In this document: piece after piece, positions 28,888-37,631 of the stretch
Position numbering within the stretch: position 1 is the stretch's first letter
Layout of the letters: each line of letters begins with the position of its first letter
Origin: Halieaceae bacterium
Lineage (GTDB): Bacteria > Pseudomonadota > Gammaproteobacteria > Pseudomonadales > Halieaceae
Assembly: GCA_003523185.1 (NCBI GenBank)
Contig: DPGN01000021.1
Span: 14,094 to 78,093, forward strand
Length of the DNA: 64,000 nucleotides
Reading direction: 5' to 3'
Translations under genes and position numbers: made by a program
The notes under the pieces: model-generated
What the model saw: the letters and a program-made list of their open reading frames with translations, nothing else
The model's database searches: none
What the model was told of the DNA's origin: nothing

Positions 28888-30309
28888 ATGAGCGATACCC
28901 GGAGAGTCAGTATCGGACGCAAAGTTGCCTATGGCTGTGGCTCCGTAGCGTTTGGCGTAAAAAGTAATGGTTTCGATTACTTCTTTCTTATTTTCTACAG
29001 CCAAGTCATGGGGGTTAGTGCCTACCTTGTAAGCCTCGCCCTTATGATTGCACTCATCGTTGATGCGCTGAGCGATCCGCTCATTGGTTACTTGTCGGAC
29101 AACACGCGCTCACGCTGGGGGCGGCGCCATCCCTTCATGTATGCCGCGGCACTGCCGGCCGCCATTGCGTATTACTTCGTGTGGAACCCGCCCTCTGGGC
29201 TAGAGGGGGATGCGCTCTTTCCCTACATCGTTACGATTGCGATATTGGTAAGAACCCTGGTCACGGTCTACGAGATTCCAAGCTCCTCGCTCGTTGCAGA
29301 AATGTCGGACGACTACGATGAGCGAACCAGTATGTTGAGCTATCGCTACTTTTTCGGTTGGACTGGCGGGACGCTGATGGGTGCGTTTGCAACCATCTTT
29401 ATTTTGGTTCCTACGGCGACAATTAGTAATGGTATGTTTAACGTGGAGGGACACGGGCAGGTGGGTGCCATCGCGGCGGTCATTATTTTCACGGCCATGC
29501 TGGTGTCGACCATGGGAACACATAAGATGATTCCAGACCTTAAGGCGCCGCCACCCCCAAGGCAGATGAGTGTTGGCTTGATTTACCGAGAGGTGTTCGA
29601 GACCTTGGCCAGCCGTTCCTTTCTGGCGTTGTTTTTGGCGGCACTTTTTGGCGCGGTAGCTGCTGGCGTTTCCACGTCCCTCAGTTTTTATCTCTATACC
29701 TTTTTCTGGGAATTTACGACGGAACAGATTGGACTCATTTCTCTCAGTGTGGTCATATCAGCCTTGCTAGCGTTTTTGATTGCACCGGTCATTTCTAAAA
29801 AATTGGGTAAGAAAAGAGGTGCGATCACCGTTGGCTTAATGGCCTTTACCGTGGCACCCGCCCCCATCTTTCTCCGTTTGCTTGGTCTGATGCCAGAAAA
29901 CTCCGATGCCGCCTTATTTCCCTTGGTACTGAGCATTACCGTCATTGATGTGGCGCTCATCATTGCTTACCAGACCTTGTCCTCGTCCATGATTGCCGAT
30001 CTGGTCGAGGAGGCGGAAATCAAAACAAAGCGGCGCAATGAGGGCGTTTTCTTTGCCTCTGTCACCTTTGTTCGCAAAGTCACACAGGGCATTGGTGCAG
30101 CTGTGGCGGGTGTGCTCCTGACAATCAGTCAGTTTCCCGTTGGAGCGACGCCCGATCAGGTGCCCGAGTCCGTGCTCAGCAGCTTCGGTTGGCTTTATGT
30201 GCCCGTCATCTTTAGCTTATGGATGATTATGATTGCGAGCCTGTCACTGTACTCGGTGGATCGCGAGAAGCATGAGCAGAATCTAGCAACATTAAGGGCT
30301 GAAGACTGA
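28888..30309 (+). CDS. MFS transporter, glycoside-pentoside-hexuronide (GPH):cation symporter-like
   Basis: 12 hydrophobic helices. 'DALSDPLIGYLSDNTRSRWGRRHPF' is the GPH signature region. Start moved to the ATG at 28888, preceded by AAGGAG. Confidence 0.75.
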   Translation: MSDTRRVSIGRKVAYGCGSVAFGVKSNGFDYFFLIFYSQVMGVSAYLVSLALMIALIVDALSDPLIGYLSDNTRSRWGRRHPFMYAAALPAAIAYYFVWNPPSGLEGDALFPYIVTIAILVRTLVTVYEIPSSSLVAEMSDDYDERTSMLSYRYFFGWTGGTLMGAFATIFILVPTATISNGMFNVEGHGQVGAIAAVIIFTAMLVSTMGTHKMIPDLKAPPPPRQMSVGLIYREVFETLASRSFLALFLAALFGAVAAGVSTSLSFYLYTFFWEFTTEQIGLISLSVVISALLAFLIAPVISKKLGKKRGAITVGLMAFTVAPAPIFLRLLGLMPENSDAALFPLVLSITVIDVALIIAYQTLSSSMIADLVEEAEIKTKRRNEGVFFASVTFVRKVTQGIGAAVAGVLLTISQFPVGATPDQVPESVLSSFGWLYVPVIFSLWMIMIASLSLYSVDREKHEQNLATLRAED

Positions 30310-30327
30310 CTCCAACCTCGCGAAGCG

Positions 30328-31098
30328 TTAGCGGCGATTTTCGGATCTCGGTAGCAAGCCCGTTTGACTGGAAACTGAGAGGAGATGACCGTCTTGCGCG
30401 AACTGGTGAGTCACTCCCATTGCCGCGCCGTCTCGAAAGCCTGACATCTGAGTCACGCAAAGAATCCATTGTGTGGGATGTGTTGAGAAAACCCGGAAGG
30501 TGTTGTCGAGACTAGTACCCCGAAAGCTCTCCGGATGTAAACCGAGCATAAAGTCAGAGGTGATAGCTAACAGTCCTGCTGTGATGGGTAGTGCGTCTTT
30601 GGAGCGAATCCACATTGCCCCCAAACCTTCATTGGGCGCTTCTATGGCTATTCTTCGCTCAAACTGCGCAATCAGATCCTGATCGTTGTTGTGGTCGAGG
30701 TCGGTTTTAATTGAACAGTCCTCCGGCGCCGCCACCATGGGCATGCTCACGAACTGGTGCTCTGTACCCTGGCGCCCACCGAGTGCTGCAGACATCGTTT
30801 GAAGAACTGTACCGTCCGCAGTTAGTGTCACCAGGACCTGACTAATGCTGCGACCACCCCCTAATAGTTCCACCTCAATCTCGATTGACTGGTTAAGGAG
30901 GCCGGCGTTTACGAACTGAATCGTCGACCAAAGTAGCGATTTATCTGCGACGATCTCGGCGGCTTCAATGGCAGCTGCCTGGGCGACGCCCCCCATAATA
31001 AATTCGAAGCCCACCGGTCCGACGCAGGCCTGCGGCGATGCCAAAAGCCCAAACTTATTGGGGTCACTGCTATCTGACTGAGGGGACCAAAACGCCAT
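30328..31098 (-). CDS. acyl-CoA thioesterase II (TesB)-like double hot-dog protein
   Basis: Both halves align with recalled E. coli TesB ('MGGVAQAAAIEAA' vs 'FGGQVVGQALYAA'; 'AMWIRSKDALP...LLAITSDFML' vs 'QVWIRANGSVP...LLGYASDLNFL'). Confidence 0.65.
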   Translation of the reverse strand: MAFWSPQSDSSDPNKFGLLASPQACVGPVGFEFIMGGVAQAAAIEAAEIVADKSLLWSTIQFVNAGLLNQSIEIEVELLGGGRSISQVLVTLTADGTVLQTMSAALGGRQGTEHQFVSMPMVAAPEDCSIKTDLDHNNDQDLIAQFERRIAIEAPNEGLGAMWIRSKDALPITAGLLAITSDFMLGLHPESFRGTSLDNTFRVFSTHPTQWILCVTQMSGFRDGAAMGVTHQFAQDGHLLSVSSQTGLLPRSENRR

Positions 31099-31982
31099 TA
31101 GCTGACCTTATTGCTTGATCGCATGACATAAAAACAAGCGGCGACAATTATTGCCGCGCCTAACCACATTGAGGCGCCTGGCAGTTCACCAAACAAGAAA
31201 AAACCGATGAGGGCCGCCCATATCAGTTGGGTGTAAGTCATAGGCGCGAGTTTGGCTGCGGGAGCACGTGCGTATGCAATGGTCGTGAAAGACCAGAAAC
31301 TCACACCAAAAAAGGCAGACAGCACATAGCCACCGAAGAGTTCAACCGTGGGTTGGGTATCCATCAAAAAGAACACGGGCAGCACATAAAGCGCAGGCAA
31401 GGTATTGGCAAAGAAGGCTACAACGATCGGGTCCTCGCTCTGCGATCGAAACCGCAGTAGGACAACAGACAGGGCGTGGCAGAGCGAGGCCAGTATGGGT
31501 GCGAGATAGCCCAGTACGGGGCCATCAATTTGCCCCGAGAGCAGCTGGGTTTCTGTGTTGACGATAAACAACGCGCCGGCGAAACCCACCAAAGTGCCAC
31601 TGATGACGTCGCGCTTGAGCGGCTCGCGCATGAGCAGCCACGCCAGGGGCCCAATCATCAGCGTCCCTGTGAGTCCCAGTGCCGCCGCCGTAGCCAGAGG
31701 GATCTGGGTGACCGACCAAAAAAATAGGCTTGCAGCCGAGATTTGAAAAAAGCCTCTGAACACGTGAAACGGAACAGCGGACCAGCCGGGTAAGGGAGGT
31801 CGGAAGATAAACCAGAGCAGGATGACCAGTGTAGCGCCGAGGGCATACCGCCAGGCCGTAATGACCACGACGCTCTCGTACACCGATAGCCCCTTGATCA
31901 TGGCGTTCATGCACGAAGCAAAAAAGATGGCTGCGGCCCCAATAAAGTAGGGCGAGCGGACGATAGTTAAAAGTTGAGACAT
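31098..31982 (-). CDS. DMT superfamily (EamA-like) transporter
   Basis: 294 aa, 10 hydrophobic helices in two EamA-like halves. Its TAA stop shares one nucleotide with the downstream ATG (TAATG). Confidence 0.75.
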   Translation of the reverse strand: MSQLLTIVRSPYFIGAAAIFFASCMNAMIKGLSVYESVVVITAWRYALGATLVILLWFIFRPPLPGWSAVPFHVFRGFFQISAASLFFWSVTQIPLATAAALGLTGTLMIGPLAWLLMREPLKRDVISGTLVGFAGALFIVNTETQLLSGQIDGPVLGYLAPILASLCHALSVVLLRFRSQSEDPIVVAFFANTLPALYVLPVFFLMDTQPTVELFGGYVLSAFFGVSFWSFTTIAYARAPAAKLAPMTYTQLIWAALIGFFLFGELPGASMWLGAAIIVAACFYVMRSSNKVS

Positions 31983-32047
31983 AACGTAATGGCAACGAGG
32001 CTACCCGGGCTTCAGGTCTGCCCTCGTTTCAGAGCCTTGTGTGAATG

Positions 32048-33565
32048 CTAATCGCGGTCAGTTGCGATAATGCCCGCGAGACGCCGTGCTAGCGACTGTT
32101 TTTTTCCGAAATCGGTCTCTCGGAGTACCTGAATACGCTGCGCTTGCGGTGACCCCGCGCCATGCATGGATTCGGTCAAATAGCCCACTGCATTGCGGCC
32201 TAAGGTCATATTCTCAATGAGTCGCAGCATGCGTGTTCGATCTTCCGTTGTCACCGACGTTTTACCTTGTAGGTATTTATCGAGCTGGGGGCCAATCGTC
32301 TCGTGCTCGAAGTCTGCTTGGGATGGCAGTGTCACCATGAGCCCGCCTGCAAGATCCTGGGCAAGTCGCGAGATCTCATAGGGGAAGCGCGTCACATTAT
32401 GCTTACAGATATTGGCCAGAATAGGGTCGTTTATGTAGGCACCACTCTCGTGTTGCGTTGCCTCATAGGATGAGGCAATACCCGACGAGTAAATGGTTTC
32501 ATTGAGGTGGGTCATCTCAACCAGCTTGTCGCGCACATGGCTAGCAGTCTCTGCACCGTTCATTTCCGCGACACTGGATGCGGCACCGATCATGACATCG
32601 CCCAGGCCGGTCTTACAGACATAACTCGCGCGGTGGTAGGCGGTAAATCGAGAGACAAGCTCCTGCGCAAACTCGTACTCGCCATCCATTAATACATGCT
32701 CCCACGGTATGAAGACATCGTCGAAAATAACGAGCGTCTCTTGACCGCCGTACTTGGCATTCCCTTTGTCGATGTCGCCCGTTTCGAGTGCACGCGTGTC
32801 ACAAGACTGGCGACCATAGACGTAGGTTAGGCCTGCCGCTGTTGCTGGGATCATGCCAATGACGGCGTAGTCCTTGTCGCCCTCAAGCATGTTCATGGTG
32901 GGCATGACGCAAATCCAGTGCGAGTTGAGGCCTCCTGTCATGTGCGCCTTGGCGCCTTTGACGTAGAGGCCCGCTTCAGTTCGTCGAGTGACGTGCATAA
33001 AGAGGTCGGGGTCTGCTTGGTCACTTGGCCGTTTGCTGCGATCACCCTTTGGATCGGTCATGCCGGCTCCGACAATCAAGTTGTTGGTCTGTGCTTTCTT
33101 CAGGAAGTTAACGTAGCGCTGGTGATAGGGCGTACCGTGCTTCTTATCGATGTCGTAGGTAATGGAGAATAGGACGCTCAACGTATCGAGCCCAGCGCAG
33201 CGCTGAAAGCAGGTGCCGGTAAGCTGGCCCATGCGCCGCTGCATCTTATTTTTTTGGACCAGGTCCTCAGCTGACTCAGGCACGTGTAGGAAGCGGTTGA
33301 TTTGCTGCTCTGAGATGGATGACCACGCGGTGGCTAGGTCAGGGTCCTCATCAGCCAGAAGATACGACTCCGCCATCGCGTTGATGGAGGGCCTGACGAT
33401 TGGGTGGTCCACGGGCTCCTCGATTCGCTCGCCCAGCAAGTAAACATCAAGGTTACGGCCTCGAAGACTGTCGATGTAGTCATCCGCCGTTTTGAGCGCT
33501 GTAAATTGCTCCCACTGCTGTTCAGCGGAGAGCTCTCGGCGCTGCCCTTGTGACATATCGTTCAT
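32048..33565 (-). CDS. 4-hydroxybutyryl-CoA dehydratase / vinylacetyl-CoA isomerase (AbfD)-like protein of the HpaB superfamily
   Basis: N-terminus 'YIDSLRGRNLDVYLLGERIEEPVDHPIVRPSINA' and 'GTCFQRCAGLD' resemble AbfD. 'CFQRC' (33197-33211) and 'HRASYVC' (32615-32635) were verified on the minus strand. Confidence 0.75.
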   Translation of the reverse strand: MNDMSQGQRRELSAEQQWEQFTALKTADDYIDSLRGRNLDVYLLGERIEEPVDHPIVRPSINAMAESYLLADEDPDLATAWSSISEQQINRFLHVPESAEDLVQKNKMQRRMGQLTGTCFQRCAGLDTLSVLFSITYDIDKKHGTPYHQRYVNFLKKAQTNNLIVGAGMTDPKGDRSKRPSDQADPDLFMHVTRRTEAGLYVKGAKAHMTGGLNSHWICVMPTMNMLEGDKDYAVIGMIPATAAGLTYVYGRQSCDTRALETGDIDKGNAKYGGQETLVIFDDVFIPWEHVLMDGEYEFAQELVSRFTAYHRASYVCKTGLGDVMIGAASSVAEMNGAETASHVRDKLVEMTHLNETIYSSGIASSYEATQHESGAYINDPILANICKHNVTRFPYEISRLAQDLAGGLMVTLPSQADFEHETIGPQLDKYLQGKTSVTTEDRTRMLRLIENMTLGRNAVGYLTESMHGAGSPQAQRIQVLRETDFGKKQSLARRLAGIIATDRD

Positions 33566-33621
33566 AGCGAATGCTCCTTTTTCATGGCTTCAGTTAAAGC
33601 AAAAAATACCGATGGGAGCAA

Positions 33622-33676
33622 ACACTCAATTGAGGTAACGACGCCTATGTCTCTCGTTAACCGTCGTTTTGAGTGT
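33622..33676. promoter_or_regulatory. composite inverted repeat / hairpin in the divergent abfD-like / TonB-receptor intergenic region
   Basis: ACACTCAA(33622-29)+AACGACG(33637-43) pair with contiguous CGTCGTTTTGAGTGT (33662-76). The left arm also contains the 10-bp palindrome CTCAATTGAG. Confidence 0.35.
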
Positions 33677-33878
33677 CTAATGTCCGCGAGATTTCTCAAA
33701 AATCTGTGTGATAAGCCGCATTAATACGTCACTTTTCGTTCTGTTTCTGCCTTGTTTATTTGCTTTAGCCGACATATTGTATTTAGGTACGGCATGGGAT
33801 GAGTATTGGCGTGGCGCTGGTGTTAGGTCCCAACAATACGAATTCCTCCGATAAGAATAAAAGTGAAGAGGAATAGTC

Positions 33879-36386
33879 ATGAGGTCAGTCGATCATATTT
33901 CCGCTGGTGCGCGTCCTGATACCAGTGCGGAGCAACGTATTCATTTATCAAGCAGTCGAGTAAAAACGCCCTTGTTGTGGGTTGCCGTGGCCGCTGCATC
34001 GCTCGGAATCTCAGTGCCCGCGTCAGCACAAAACGATGCTGCGGATCGAATTTTCGAAGAGGTGGTGGTTACCGCTCGACAGCGCGAGGAAAAAGCGCAA
34101 ACGGTACCGATCCCCATCACAGCACTCAGCTCCGAGCAGCTTGTCACACGAAACCTCATGGAGATTCGCGATCTCGAGAAACTAAGCCCGAATACATCCA
34201 TCGACTACAACGCGGTCAACGGCAATGCGATTACGGTGTTCATTCGAGGTATTGGTCAGACAAACTGGTCGGGCACGCAAGATCCCAAAATTGGAATGTA
34301 TGTCGACGGTGTTTACCTAAGCCGACCGCAAGGTGCGTTGGTTGACTTCAATGATGTGGAGCGGGTTGAAGTGCTCCGAGGTCCACAAGGCACCTTGTTT
34401 GGTCGGAACACGACCGCGGGCTTGATCCACATTATTAACAATCGCCCCTCAACCGATGGGTTTGAGTCGGATATCACCTTGGGCGCCGGTAATGACGGTC
34501 AAAGCAACTATGGTTTGGTGGTGAACGCGCCGCTCAGTGAGAACTGGGCAGCGCGTTTGTCGCTGTCGGGTCAACAAGCCGACGGTGTCATTACTAACTC
34601 GTTCACCGGAAAGGATCGCGGTAACGAAGACTCGACGAATACCCGATTTGCATTGAGATACCAAGGTGAAAAGCTCGATGCACTGCTTTCCTACAGCAAT
34701 TTTGAGGCAGACGAGCGCGGACCTTTGGGCAGTTGCGAATGGCATGCGACGGACGATCCGTTTGTGGCGCTCGGACGAGGCGGTGTCCTCAGCCTGGCGA
34801 CGATCTTTGGCACCTTTAACAGCGTCAGAGAGAACTGCATCGGTACAACCCGCGATGTTTCGATCGATACAACGAACAATGAAAACATCCGTGCCGATGT
34901 AGACAACCTTGTTTTAAACCTCAGCTATGATTTTGGGTCCATGACACTGGATTCGATCACCTCCAAGCGCGATATCGAGCACTTCAATGGCACCTGGGGT
35001 TGGGTCATGGGTAATGGTCCGGGCTCTAACATGTTGGAGATTTTGAACAACTACGGTGATACCGAGGCAATATCGCAGGAAATTCGCCTGTCAGGTGTCT
35101 CCGATTCGATTGAGTGGGTAGTAGGTGCCTACTGGTTCGAGGAGGAGACCGATGAGTCGCTGGACGTGCCACTATTTAGAGACGTCATGGCACCAGATCC
35201 CGCGGTTTGGCCCTTCTTCTATGCGCCTGATGGAGCGGGTGGCACCTTAGGTGCTGCGGCGCTGGGTGCTCAGCTTTACGGCAGCCGGAGCCAGGCCTAT
35301 GACGTGATTAACGAGAATCAGGCGTTCTTCGCGGAGGTTACCTTCTCACTTAACGAGCAGTGGGACTTGACGGTTGGTGCTCGACGTACGACGGATGATC
35401 GTGATTTCACGCGAATCCAGACCCTCTTCAACGGTCAGCCAGATCCATTCTACTTCTGCCCCGGCATGCCCGTTGTTGAGCTCGCGCCAGGGGTTGTTGC
35501 AGCTGGCAGTGACCGCTGTCGACAGACGGTTTCCTACAGCAAGACCACACCCAGAGTCATCGCAAGCTATCAGGCATCCGATGATGTGATGTTCTACGGA
35601 AGTTACAGCCTGGGTTACTCGAGTGGTGGATTCAATCAGGACACAAGAATGCGTCCTTACCTTCCCGAGACGGCAGACAATTACGAGTTTGGTATGAAGT
35701 CCGATTTGTTGGATGGACGTATGCGCTTTAATGCCACTGTCTTTCACAACGAATATAAAAACCAACAGCTGACAGTGGGTCGATTAGTTGATGGACAGCC
35801 CACAGCGGATCTGATCAATGCTCAGCAAGCGACGCTTAGCGGTGTTGAAATCGAAACGATGGCGCGTCTGAGTGATTCACTGACCTTCACCGCCACCATG
35901 GGTTATATCCGGGGCGACTACGACGAGTTCACGGTCATGGATAATGTCACCGTCGTTTCTGGTGATGGCTCCCTGTCCAGCCAGGAAGTGGAGCGTGACC
36001 TTAGTGATACCGAGTTTGGCAGCGGCCCTAGCTACTCGTTCGATCTGGGACTCATGCACAATATGAGCCTCGGTGACTCGGGTGAGTTGATGACTTCCAT
36101 CGGTGCCACCTTCAAGGATGCGACTGATTACACGCTGAATAACACACCCTCGTCACAGCAGCCTAGCTACTGGGTGGTTGACGGTCGCATGACCTGGTTC
36201 ATGGCGAACGATAAGACCAGTGTGTCGCTGTGGGTTAACAACCTGTTTGACAAAGACTACGTCACAACCATGCTGGATCAGGCCGGTGATATTCAGATAG
36301 GCGGTATCGATCAAGGCCTTGGTATGGCTGCGTCCTACTGGGGTGAACCCCGCCGCTACGGCCTTGAATTAAAGCACCGATTCTAA
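33879..36386 (+). CDS. TonB-dependent outer-membrane receptor
   Basis: Signal peptide ending 'VPASAQ'. Plug-domain pattern ('EEVVVTARQREE..Q.VPI..T', 'VEVLRGPQGTLFGRNTTAG'). C-terminal aromatic '...LELKHRF'. The start could be slightly downstream of 33879. Confidence 0.9.
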   Translation: MRSVDHISAGARPDTSAEQRIHLSSSRVKTPLLWVAVAAASLGISVPASAQNDAADRIFEEVVVTARQREEKAQTVPIPITALSSEQLVTRNLMEIRDLEKLSPNTSIDYNAVNGNAITVFIRGIGQTNWSGTQDPKIGMYVDGVYLSRPQGALVDFNDVERVEVLRGPQGTLFGRNTTAGLIHIINNRPSTDGFESDITLGAGNDGQSNYGLVVNAPLSENWAARLSLSGQQADGVITNSFTGKDRGNEDSTNTRFALRYQGEKLDALLSYSNFEADERGPLGSCEWHATDDPFVALGRGGVLSLATIFGTFNSVRENCIGTTRDVSIDTTNNENIRADVDNLVLNLSYDFGSMTLDSITSKRDIEHFNGTWGWVMGNGPGSNMLEILNNYGDTEAISQEIRLSGVSDSIEWVVGAYWFEEETDESLDVPLFRDVMAPDPAVWPFFYAPDGAGGTLGAAALGAQLYGSRSQAYDVINENQAFFAEVTFSLNEQWDLTVGARRTTDDRDFTRIQTLFNGQPDPFYFCPGMPVVELAPGVVAAGSDRCRQTVSYSKTTPRVIASYQASDDVMFYGSYSLGYSSGGFNQDTRMRPYLPETADNYEFGMKSDLLDGRMRFNATVFHNEYKNQQLTVGRLVDGQPTADLINAQQATLSGVEIETMARLSDSLTFTATMGYIRGDYDEFTVMDNVTVVSGDGSLSSQEVERDLSDTEFGSGPSYSFDLGLMHNMSLGDSGELMTSIGATFKDATDYTLNNTPSSQQPSYWVVDGRMTWFMANDKTSVSLWVNNLFDKDYVTTMLDQAGDIQIGGIDQGLGMAASYWGEPRRYGLELKHRF

Positions 36387-36403
36387 AAACGATACGTTCG
36401 ATC

Positions 36404-36430
36404 AGCCGGCCAACTGGGCCGGCTTTTTGT
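36404..36430 (+). terminator. rho-independent terminator after the TonB-dependent receptor
   Basis: AGCCGGCC-AACTG-GGCCGGCT stem-loop followed by TTTTTGT, 18 nt after the stop. Confidence 0.8.
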
Positions 36431-36474
36431 GTTGAGATCGCTACAACACTGACACTTACCTAGGAGTTGTAAGA

Positions 36475-37521
36475 ATGACCGACAGATTCAAATCCGACCG
36501 TCGACTCGATCCAAGACAAGTGCCCATTCTTGAAGGCATCGACATGGTCATCTCCAAGTTTGGCGATGTGGCATCGCGAGATGAAGCACTTGCGGTGGTT
36601 AATAGCCCTGAAGAGCTGATGAAGACGGAGGGCATGAAGGCCATGATGGAGGGGGCGGATGACGAAGCAATCGTGCCATCCGCAGGTCTTCGAATCGAGA
36701 CAAAAAGCATTACGTCCGCTCCCGATGGGAACACGGTGGATATGCAGTTTATCCGCCCCGATACGGACGAAACATTGCCCTGTGTGGTCTACATCCACGG
36801 CGGCGGTATGGCGTTTACATCCTGCTTTGATGCGAATTACCGGGCCTGGGGCAAGATGATTGCCCATCAAGGTCTGGCGGTGATGATGGTCGACTTTAGA
36901 AACTGTCTTAGCCCCTCGTCAGGCGGTGAGGTTGCACCTTTTCCTGCGGGACTTAACGACTGCCTGTCGGGGTTTCTCTGGACCCACGAACAGGCGTCGG
37001 GATTGGGTATTGATGCAGCGCACATGGTGATCGCAGGTGAAAGTGGTGGGGGTAATTTGAGTATCGCCACGACGATGCAGCTGATTCGCGACGGTCATGG
37101 CGACAAGCAGGCGGGTCTCTACAGTATGTGCCCCTACATCAATGGCACTTGGCCGGCTGAAGACTTGCCGTCGAGTAGTGACAACGATGGTATCTTTATC
37201 ACTGTCGGCTCGAACTTGATTCCCATGGGCTATGGCATTGAGCATTTGGAGGAGAAAAATCCCGTTGCTTGGCCGGGTTTCGCAACTGTCGACGATGTTG
37301 CAGCCTTTCCGCCTACCATGGTGAATGTCAACGAGTGTGATCCTTTAAGGGACGAAGGTATCGAGTTCTACCGATTGCTGTTGTCTGCTGGGGTGAAAGC
37401 GCACTGCCGTCAGGTCATGGGCACCATGCACGCGGCTGACCTCTTTGTTTCGGCATTCCCCGATTTATCTCGAATGACAGCGCGCGATATTCGAAGTTGG
37501 GTGGACGAGTGCCGAAGTTGA
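36475..37521 (+). CDS. alpha/beta hydrolase, hormone-sensitive-lipase (family IV) type carboxylesterase
   Basis: Oxyanion 'HGGGM' and nucleophile 'GESGGGN' motifs. AGGAG RBS. Confidence 0.85.
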   Translation: MTDRFKSDRRLDPRQVPILEGIDMVISKFGDVASRDEALAVVNSPEELMKTEGMKAMMEGADDEAIVPSAGLRIETKSITSAPDGNTVDMQFIRPDTDETLPCVVYIHGGGMAFTSCFDANYRAWGKMIAHQGLAVMMVDFRNCLSPSSGGEVAPFPAGLNDCLSGFLWTHEQASGLGIDAAHMVIAGESGGGNLSIATTMQLIRDGHGDKQAGLYSMCPYINGTWPAEDLPSSSDNDGIFITVGSNLIPMGYGIEHLEEKNPVAWPGFATVDDVAAFPPTMVNVNECDPLRDEGIEFYRLLLSAGVKAHCRQVMGTMHAADLFVSAFPDLSRMTARDIRSWVDECRS

Positions 37522-37631
37522 GGCCTTAGCGGCTCGGACGAATGGTCAATAGCGATGTATTTCTGCTAGCGTTCGCGTATTAACGAGTGACTCATACTCT
37601 TGGGTGACAGTATCTCAGGTAGGGAAATTAG

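Noticed and set aside
33566-33878. Cobalamin or other riboswitch upstream of the TonB-dependent receptor, and the 67-aa minus-strand ORF 33677-33880.
   Set aside because: No B12-box-like sequence was seen. The small ORF is in AT-rich promoter DNA with an implausible composition and no RBS.
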